38,872 nucleotides of DNA from Phoronis australis. Lineage: Eukaryota > Animalia > Phoronida. The notes beneath the pieces are model-generated. The model had not been told where the DNA came from and did not search any database. It worked only from the letters and a program-made list of their open reading frames with translations. The DNA lies in assembly GCA_002633005.1 (NCBI GenBank), contig NMRA01000167.1:1-38872 (forward strand). The letters are read 5' to 3'. Within the stretch, counting starts at the first letter, position 1. Each line of letters begins with the position of its first letter. Both the position numbers and the translations under genes were made by a program. Positions 1-9,100 of the stretch are shown here, in pieces.

Positions 1-214
1 GGTTTTGCTTTCCCTATTTTCGATCAGTTTTCATGAACTGGAACTTTTTGTCAGTTTTCAGGCTTTCCAAGCTTTTCTTGGTGAGAAGGAAGGGTCTTTC
101 GACATGCAAGTTATATTGCTCAAGACGTAAAATTAACATTTATTTAACCCTTCATTTACTACCTCAATAGTGTATCACCTCTAACACGTTATTTAGAATT
201 CATATAGCACCTAC

Positions 215-328
215 CTTGATGCCCTGCTCAGTGACCGTAATAGCATTTTCAAGCGCAGACAGGTCCAGCTCCCTTGACTGTCCATCATTTAGGAGTTTGT
301 CTTTCAGATGTTGTAGGTCTTCCTGAAC
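215..328 (-). CDS. IQCH: IQ motif-containing protein H, coding exon 2 (gene continues off the left edge)
   Basis: tttcag|...|gtaggt, 114 nt, phase 0/0, VQEDLQHLKDKLLNDGQSRELDLSALENAITVTEQGIK; resembles the recalled human IQCH N-terminus (IHEDLYQLKEKL...LDIQSLETAIKRTEVGLR). Confidence 0.85.
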
Positions 329-959
329 CTGAAATATGTCAATTACAAGCTTTGACTTAATGTACAGAAATATGTCATGGTCACTTACATCGAGTACGTC
401 CTGAAAAAAGGTCGCGCCTTCATATAGAATGACTTATACATGATTTTCCTAGCTCTAAAAATGATGAATATTTACATCATATTCACATTTTTCATCAAAA
501 CAAGAAAATTTGCGGTTAAATTTGACAATGAAGTTGGCCCCACACGCATTTCCTGTCCACAAAACATACATTTCGTTGAGCAAGAAATTTGTCCATGAGA
601 AGATGCGCCATATACCATAAGCCTAAAGTTATGTACTTAATTTATAGTGAAAGGCATGCTTGATATGTGATGGTGCATGCTTATATTGTGCAGTTTGGAT
701 GAGTATTATTAGAAACACATTTTAACAAACTAAGATAGTTTTCTGTTATGAGAAAATGCCAGTTCACAGCCAATGAAATACTTTCCAGGTTGTATAAAAG
801 ATCATTCACTCCAGAACAACGTACAAGTGAGCCAATTGCAATGTTTGTTTGACCGTTTCAAGAACGAGCTTAAATGTACACTAAAACATGCGGACGGCAA
901 TAACACGCAATTACTCACTGCCATTGCACCATTATCCTTTGTTTGAATTGAAACTGTTA

Positions 960-1021
960 ATTATGCTAAACATCGACCCCTAGCTATATCTTAGCAGGTA
1001 GGGGTCGATGTTTAGCGTAAT
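960..1021. repeat. Near-perfect hairpin, 23-bp arms, 16-nt loop
   Basis: attatgctaaacatcgaccccta ... taggggtcgatgtttagcgtaat; one T:G pair. Confidence 0.9.
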
Positions 1022-1111
1022 GTCAACTCATCACATGCAATTAGTAGTTAGTTTATCAAAACATGGGAACCTGGTTTTTGCAGATTCAAAGGTGTTGACA
1101 TCCAAAAACCC

Positions 1112-1146
1112 ATATATATATACATATACATATACATATATATATA
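1112..1146. repeat. (TA)n/(TACA)n microsatellite
   Basis: atatatatatacatatacatatacatatatatata. Confidence 0.9.
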
Positions 1147-2221
1147 GACAGTTGGCATCAGTTGAAAATGAAAAATCGTGACACCTGAATTGTAAAAATG
1201 GGACAAATGGGCAGGACACTTGAAAATGGCAAAGACAGCATTTTTTGGTCAAATGGAAAATTAGGACAATAGCATACTTAATAATGACCAATATCTTCTT
1301 AGGCCCATGCACTCGACTCGGATTTACGGGACAAGCAGAGGGTCAGAATACCGTTACGCAACCGCGCTGTGGAATGAGTATCCCGATTGACTGGTCGGCC
1401 AGTCGGGATACAGCCGTGTCGTTATCAGTTTGACAGTGGCAAACAAATGTCCAGCTCTCTTATTACCTGCTTTCATCTGATAAGGTCACGTAATCCAACA
1501 ATTACGTTGTAAAGAGCACTCCTGACGCTAACCGACATTTAAAATATTATTTGCAAACGACTTTCAACAAATGTCGTGAAGCATGTGTTTTGTATAAAAT
1601 GCATTCGCCAAAAAATTTCAAATGGAGAAAAACAGTTGACTTTCATAGAAATTACTCTCAGCTTTCACCTGTAGATTCCTTTGTGTGACTTTAAGCTCGA
1701 CCAGCTTAACCACAGTATTGTATACTAACACAAAAGGCTTGCTTGACAAGTTTAATCGAGCATGATTCTAGATTAGGTAGTGATAGTGGAAATTTCTTGA
1801 TTTTTACACTCCAGGAGAATGGTACACGTAATGCATTGTCTTTATGCATCATAAACGGGTTAATTCTTCCAAATTTTGCCACTGCAGTTCCGACTCCCAT
1901 TTGTTTACTTCATGCAGTATGTTGAGTGCGTGCTCACAAGTGTACAGCAATTGTCCAACTCCTTGTCTGGCACTAGAGTGTACTTGCAGCAATACAACAT
2001 CACATACTGCATACATAATATTTGTATTATTTTTCTGGTACCTATTATAAAACAATCTTCCGTTAAAACTACAACAATTTTGTGAAAAGGATGGGTTTGT
2101 GAATACAACAGTGGCTTGTTAGCAGGGTCAGTAATACAAGATTCCTAGCTGCCACCCACTGCCCACTGTGGGAAACTGCAGCCTGGCTGACTATGCCAGC
2201 ATGTGAACTGTGTCAGTATAG

Positions 2222-2624
2222 ATGCTGTGCGTGAACTTGGAATCCTGCTTAATCTCAAGATCACTTGAAATTGAATATTCTTTAAGGCAAATAGGTGAAA
2301 TTTTTGTTTGGTGAAAAGAATATTTGTAATTATTGGCCTCGCAATCAACCATTTTCTCTTTTACCGTAACTTGTGTTGCTGAACCGGAGGAATGTTATGT
2401 GAATGGCTAAATCGCTTATTGTTTGGTAGTTGAAAAGGTTGGTTAAAATTGACATTTTTTTATTCAAATGTAACTTGATTTACTAGTGCAGTGCAAATTT
2501 TTATGAACATGAACCAGTTTATTTGAGTGAACTTGTCAAGTTGCCTCGCGTATTCAAAGTTCACGCAACGTTCACTTTCGCTTAATCTTGAGATTAAGCA
2601 GGGTTCCAAGTTCACGTACAGCAT
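2222..2624. mobile_element. MITE, ~400 bp, 40-bp terminal inverted repeats
   Basis: 2222-2261 atgctgtgcgtgaacttggaatcctgcttaatctcaagat matches the reverse complement of 2585-2624 with 2 mismatches; no ORF; target-site duplication unclear. Confidence 0.8.
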
Positions 2625-2675
2625 AGACAATAACTTAAGTGACAGCTGACTGGGCAAGTGGTGAATGAATTTTAC

Positions 2676-2735
2676 CTTTAAAAGAATATCTCCGACATCT
2701 TCTGACCTTGCTGAGAATTCTGTTAAGACTGACAT
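2676..2735 (-). CDS. IQCH: IQCH first coding exon
   Basis: ATG at 2735, MSVLTEFSARSEDVGDILLK|gtaaaa, phase 0, joins 328..215 in frame; EDVGDILLKVQEDL matches recalled human DPVGSILIQIHEDL. Confidence 0.85.
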
Positions 2736-3064
2736 ATTGCTGCTAATAAAAGAAGCAACCCATAACCTATAAAACTAATATTATTGGAACAAATTGTAAA
2801 AGAAATCAAGCGTCTTAACTGCGCTCAGGCACTTTGAAGCACCAGGCAACAACAAACAACAGTTTTTGATGACGTCATTAGAACTTGGGTTAAGAAGGTC
2901 AAATACATATATATTTCTAAGCTAGTTCTCATAAAAACATAAAAAGTGTCTTAAAAACGAATTAAATAACACACTTTGTGATTAAATGGTTATGAAATTT
3001 TTACACAAATATTTTCAAATTTACGAATTTATTTGCATTGATCGTTGTTGACCTGAAATCCAAT
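2736..3064. promoter_or_regulatory. Interval between the divergent IQCH and AAGAB start codons; probable shared promoter/5' region
   Basis: 329 bp between divergent ATGs; palindromic CRE atgacgtcat at 2869-2878; octamer atttgcat at 3031-3038. Confidence 0.55.
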
Positions 3065-3134
3065 ATGTCTGCGCCCAAGGTTCTTTTTGGTTCTTGCACC
3101 CAGCATAGCCCCCAAGCACTGGAGCTTGTTAAAT
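3065..3134 (+). CDS. AAGAB: AAGAB exon 1
   Basis: MSAPKVLFGSCTQHSPQALELVK+T|gtaggt, phase 1, fits exon 2; resembles recalled human MAAGVPCALVTSCSS...DQLVQHIL. Confidence 0.8.
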
Positions 3135-6100
3135 GTAGGTACAGGTTAAATATTTGTTTCTTCTGATGACTGAACAATACTGAAGTGGTAAAGAAAAGGT
3201 TGATATACGTCTGAGTAATAGGCTCTTGTTATAAATTTGTTGTGCTCTCTGTATCGCCACTACAGGCACTACACAGTGCACTTCCACTGGCTCTGCAGTT
3301 AAAGATCAGTCTTACCTGACTTCGTACGGTTGGTCAGTATACACAATTTATCCACAGATCGCAGCACAGGTTCACTATACGTCTTGACTTCAGCAGCAGG
3401 AAATTTGTAGTGTCAAACTGTAGCAACGGATGTCTCTTCCACACACCAGGTGGCGCTTTCCGCATATCAAGTAGCTCTCCGTCGCTCTCTGACAATTAGC
3501 GTCGTTCTCCTTCGAGACTATGGTCGTTTGCCACTCTAGTCACACAACAAATTTCTGTATTAACACTGCTAATGCTCCTGGTGCATGCAGTAAAAATAAA
3601 GACATGCGCAGTGTTAAAACAGGGCCAAATTGGCAACGAAGGACTGCTCGAAAAAAGTGTGATTACGGAAGTATTTGTTTGAGTTGGAAGGAATTAAAGA
3701 TTTCAATGGCCTCCTAAGGTGTCAACTGTCTCAATGTGCAAAACATACTTATAACAACATAACTTTCAGTGTTCTCCACGCTGTAACGAGTTTGGATTTT
3801 GCAGCGTCGAATTTGGATTTTGCAGCGTCGAGTTTGGAAAATGCGCGTCGAGTTTAGAAAGTGCTGCGTCAGGTTTGAACTTTTGTCCAGGCTTGGTATT
3901 TCAGCCCTCAACCCTAAAGCAGTGCCTGATTAGCCAACATCAAGCCCAATACAGAACTTTAGAGGCAGTCAACACTATATGTATAACTTCGTAAGACACT
4001 ACAAAAGTTTAAATTATAATTAACAAAATCTGCAAAAAACTTTAAATAACAAACATTTCATGGAGTCACCTAGCTTGCTTAATTGAATGACTAATCTACT
4101 TAGTCATTCTAACTTTAAAATTTTGCAAGTCAACCCATAAAAAAGCAATTTAATTTGCTTAATAAAGACAATTTTGATTTTGACTGACATCTAGTGGCAA
4201 GTTAGAGAACTTTATGAGCTTATTAAACTTGACAACAGGTGTCACTAAAAACTAGGTCACATCAGAACTCATGTTAGTAGTACTTAATATGTCTAATTGA
4301 TATTAAAATCGGCATTGGTATTATTAAAGGAACTTTTGATCTTTTGTTTGCTGCTCTTGGTCTGTCAAATGCTTTGGAGAAATTATGAGATGCATTGGTA
4401 GGAAAGCTAAACTTTGAAGTGTCTAAGAAGTAGGTCACACCAGTGCAGTGTGCAGTTTTAAACCATATATAAATACCTCCAGCATGGCCATGGTTATGGG
4501 TAGACACAAAACAATGTCAATAACTGACATTCAACATTTGCGTTGAGTTTGGAATTTATAATGTGGAGAACACTGACTTTGATGTTTTAATCAGTGTGAT
4601 GCTTAATTTACCAAAAAGCTTCCAGCGTATAAAGGCCCTTTAGCAACTTTACCGTAGAGAGGGTGGTCGCTGTCTATTGTGACACGGGACTTCCGGGTGT
4701 GATGTACAGCCATATAAAGCCTATCTAATAATCGCTTGCCAAGTGGCAATTGCCTCGTGGCTGAATAGTTTGGATGCTCGGCTCTCACACGTGCAACCTT
4801 GGTTCAATTCTCTGAGTGCCCGCGAAATTTTCTATATTTACGCCGTACAATAATAGAAGCCATGACCAGATGGTATGTCAGCTCTCAGGGCAGTCTGGTC
4901 TCAAGCTCTGTCAACTGCACTGGAAACTCAAACCAGACGACATGGCCGACCTGGTGACGGCGAACTGACCAAATTCTATGATATACTTTTAACGGATAAC
5001 TGCCAAATCATCAAGATCTAACATGTTGAATGCATCCTAGTTTCAGACTTCTTATTTTCTAGCTATTTTATCGCCACACCCTCTACCTGTAGCCAGTGCG
5101 GTTGTAGATGATGTGGAAGGTTACAGTTGGCATGTGGATACCAAGTACTATACTGCTGATGTTCTGCTGTGTGTGGCGCCTAGTAGAACTATTGGGGATA
5201 AACAGTTCGCAGAGTCCGTACAGGCAGTTATACTGACATTCAGTAGTGAGCAGGTAACGAATGAATGATGTGTGTCAATTCAGTTATTTTGCAGTAATTC
5301 CACAATGGTGGTGTAAAGTCCTCATTTGAATAATTAGACGGTTACTACGGTAAAGTTTCTTTAATTGAGGACACAACATGTTGGACTAGTGAAACCGTAT
5401 TTTATGAAAAAGTTCATGAAAAATAAACACTCCCGTCTGTCGGAAGGAAAACTTTAAAACTTTACTTCATTATTTGCCCATTGTACAGCTGTCAACAACA
5501 AACACAGAATGGAAATTTGAGCTTTTTAATCATGCAATGAGCCATTGAAAAATGACAAAAAGAAAGTTTTGGCAATATATCGTTTTTTTCGAATTTGACG
5601 AAACTTTACCGTAAAGAGATCAAATCCATCAGTTTTTTGGTTCCAATGCTATGAACTGAAGGTAATTTGCAATATGTCTCATCGCAACTTCACAAATCAT
5701 ACAGGTACTCATCGCACAAATTTTGTGTCTGTGTGTAAAATAGATGTTGCATACTGTGATATATGTTCGTCCTTTTGCTTTTAACTTTCAATGCCTGGTT
5801 TCATAATACCTGTTTTTGCCTGAAGTATGTATATTGAGCATTGTTTCAGTAATGTGACTATTACCTTGGGACAATCCGTTTAAAACAATTGACCTTTTTA
5901 CGGATAGCGAAAACCGATACTTGCACTTCCCAGAACATAGATTTTGGGATATGAGTCATAAGGATGTGTCACGTAGCTGATAGTCTGCTTAGTAAACTGA
6001 CATTTGATATTATGTAGATCCTAAAGCCATTGGCTCGACTCTATGAAAAACTGATTCTTTGTTTCTTGAAATGCTACTTTGAAGTGAGTTCTACAGATCT

Positions 6101-9100
6101 TATATCTACTGGCAGTGCTGTTTTGAATCACTGGTATACCAGAATCCTTTGTATAAGTTGTCTCGTGCATTCCGTAAAGGGGTTTAATGACAAGGGTCAA
6201 AGGTTTTGATTTTCTTTTGTCACCGTCACAAAGAGTGGTTCATGAACTAAGTCATGTTAACACTTCCCGTTTTGTTTGGTTATTCTGTGATGGAAATGGA
6301 GCTATAGATGTTATTTTTAGCTGGATAAACCGTTTAATTATTCATTCATCTTAATTATTTATTAATCTTAGTTTGACCTGTCAAGGCAGTGTTCAATATT
6401 ACTTCAATTGTCATCTCTTGAACAGGCGTGAAATCAAGCCTTTCTAAATCAAAGTTTTTAATCATTGCTCAGGTTACAAGTTTCGACGTGGTGAAGTCAT
6501 GGCTTCCTTTTGTGAAAGAAATTAGGCCAGCCATTCAAATACTTGTTTGCGACACATGTACGGAAAACAGCGGTGGGTAACTTTTTGTTCTTTACAAAAA
6601 CCTTGGCTGTTTTGCAGCAATTACTTGTCAAATATATATTCTTTGAAGTCTCAAAGCTACTGTTTACATGCCTAGTAGATGTCTGTTTTGATGTCATAAA
6701 ATGTTAAAATTTCATGTATTTAATACATTAACTGCATTAATTATAGGAATTAATTGACTCTTTGGTATAATTTTCGACTTCCAAATGATTTTCTTGATTT
6801 ACCACTGACTGTAGAAGACAACAGTGGTTAATCGGTGGGTAGTGGTTATCTGAAGAAATATGTAGACTGTGATGTACTCATAATTACCCATAGTGGGTAA
6901 ACCTTTATCTGTCGATTCTGAAGTGGGATGGTGAGACCAAAGTTCAGTCCGAAGTTGGGACGGTGACAGTTGCTTTCTATTCTAATGAACATTCAAGAAG
7001 GGAACTAGTGTATAATTCCGCAGTCTGCACATAAACCTGGTGACCTACTCAGGTCAAGTTCTGTTCTACATTACAATGCAATCCTTACCCTTGTTTTCAA
7101 AATTGGTCGAAAGCCAGGTGAAATTAATTTTATTGAGGTATTCAGAGTACTCTAAGGCCAAAATAACAGAAAGGTCAGGACTGTAGAAGAGTAAACGAAT
7201 AATTGTTAAATATACTAGATTTCTGTGTGAATCTTAAAGCCGTTTTGCCCCCTTGTACTGCGGCAACTTAGTTTTTTCCAAAAAGATTAAGAACCTGATT
7301 TATCCGATGCCATGTGACCACTTGTCACTAAGATGGTTGTGGACCTCATTTGGGCTCAACTATGATGTTGTTTTCAGCTATTTTTTTAAACCATTTGGCC
7401 CTAAAAATAATGATTGTCATACCTATGACTGGGTGTGTTGACTTTGATAAAAATGAGTTCCAAAATGCTCAAAATTTATTACTTGTAGTTCGTATAATTA
7501 TTGACGATATAATCATACAGTTCTTAACATGATGAGTGGAATATAAATAATTTACAATTTCATGTCCCACAATGTTGTTGATGGTATATCTGAAGATTGA
7601 ACAAATTTTTAGATTTTTCATGTTTTGCACCGAAGTTTAGGTAGGGCAACTCTAGGCGCCAGTCGATTTTGATGACCTTGACCTCATTTTGGAGGTTGTA
7701 ATGGGAAATGGGGAAGCTGCATCACATCATACACTGTATTAAAAAGACATTTCCCTGCTGAAATTAAAAAGTTTGATTTAGAAAATGTTGTCACTATATC
7801 TTAGGAAGGAGGCTCTATGTTTTAGTCGTTTTTTTTTGTACGAAGGTGTAGGCGGGACATCTCCAGGTGTTAGTCGATGTTGGTGACCTTGACCTCATTT
7901 TCGAGGTCATAATGTGAAATGATGAAGCTACATCACATTGCTATCAAAAATCTTAAATTCTTACTAAAAGCACTTGGGTTTAAAAACATTTACCACACTC
8001 ATCTGATGTTGAATTGTTGCTGAATGAGCTGGTAAATCAAGTAGCTCGTAATGTGTTAATGCACCGTTTTCAAATTCATAATCTAAGAATTGACCAACCC
8101 TCATTAAATCTGAAATATTTCCTTGAGTCGCTGATGGTTTCAATTGTTCTTGTTTGTAATTGAAATCGAGTGCTGTCTCTGTAAAGAATATTACGTGACC
8201 TAACTTATAAGCTTGAAGTTCATTTTTAAAGCGAAATTTTCTCGTATGGGATCTTTGGGAATTGTATTTTTTGTTTTGAGTGATCATTTTCATAAGTGTT
8301 ACAAAGAAATTCATCTGATTTATCTTTACACGAAAAATTCATCTCCAAATAAAATTATATGTTTCAAATTAATGCACTGTGAAGTGATATGACAGTTTGG
8401 GCACCCTGTGACAAATGCCTAGTTACATCAAATTTATACACCAGTTTTGGTACTAGGTGTGTTTTATTATAATTAAAGCTATCATAAGTGGAATATGGTG
8501 ACCTCTCACACTTAGCAACTATTCATTAGTGGAAATAAACAATATGGCGTTGGCCTATGTGCTTACATTTAGGTGTTATTCGTCAAAACAATAGAATAAA
8601 AAATTGCTTTAAAAGCACTCGACTGTGATTTGTATTGTGGCATGAATCTGGAAATCATGAGGACTGGCATATTTTCCAAATATTTAGGTTAAAGTATCCA
8701 GTTTACCCTCAAAGTGTAATTTCCTAATCAAGATGAGGTCAGAGTTAGAGCCATGATGGTGGACTGCTACAGTCAACCTAATGCATCGATCTCACACTTT
8801 GTGAAGTTGTCGATGTGCATCTTTTCTGCGGGTGAACATCACAAACCAATTTTTGTAAATTCTCCTTTCAAATTATACAATTAGAACTCCTTGCCGTCAG
8901 CCGTGTCTGTCATGTGACGGTTCTTAGTTTCTATCGGCAAAAACAACGCTACTATGGCAGCTAGCAGTCCAACACCACCATAGACACCTATGGCGCCATA
9001 GAAGGACTTCCTGTAGAGCACTTGCGCTATGAATGGTGTGATGATTCCTCCGACTCTGGCGGCAGAGCTGCAGGTACCCAGCCCCAAGGCCCGCACTGCT

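Noticed and set aside
1377-1410. Small hairpin gtatcccga..ctgg tcgg ccag tcgggatac
   Set aside because: Short and bulged, with no RNA-family features; no function supportable.
1467-1476. Possible 10-nt IQCH microexon (tatcag|atgaaagcag|gtaata on minus)
   Set aside because: Would shift the frame between two phase-0 exons that already join well.
4942-4968. ATGGCCGAC as the AAGAB start
   Set aside because: Stops after 8 codons; 3065-3134 fits both phase and homology.
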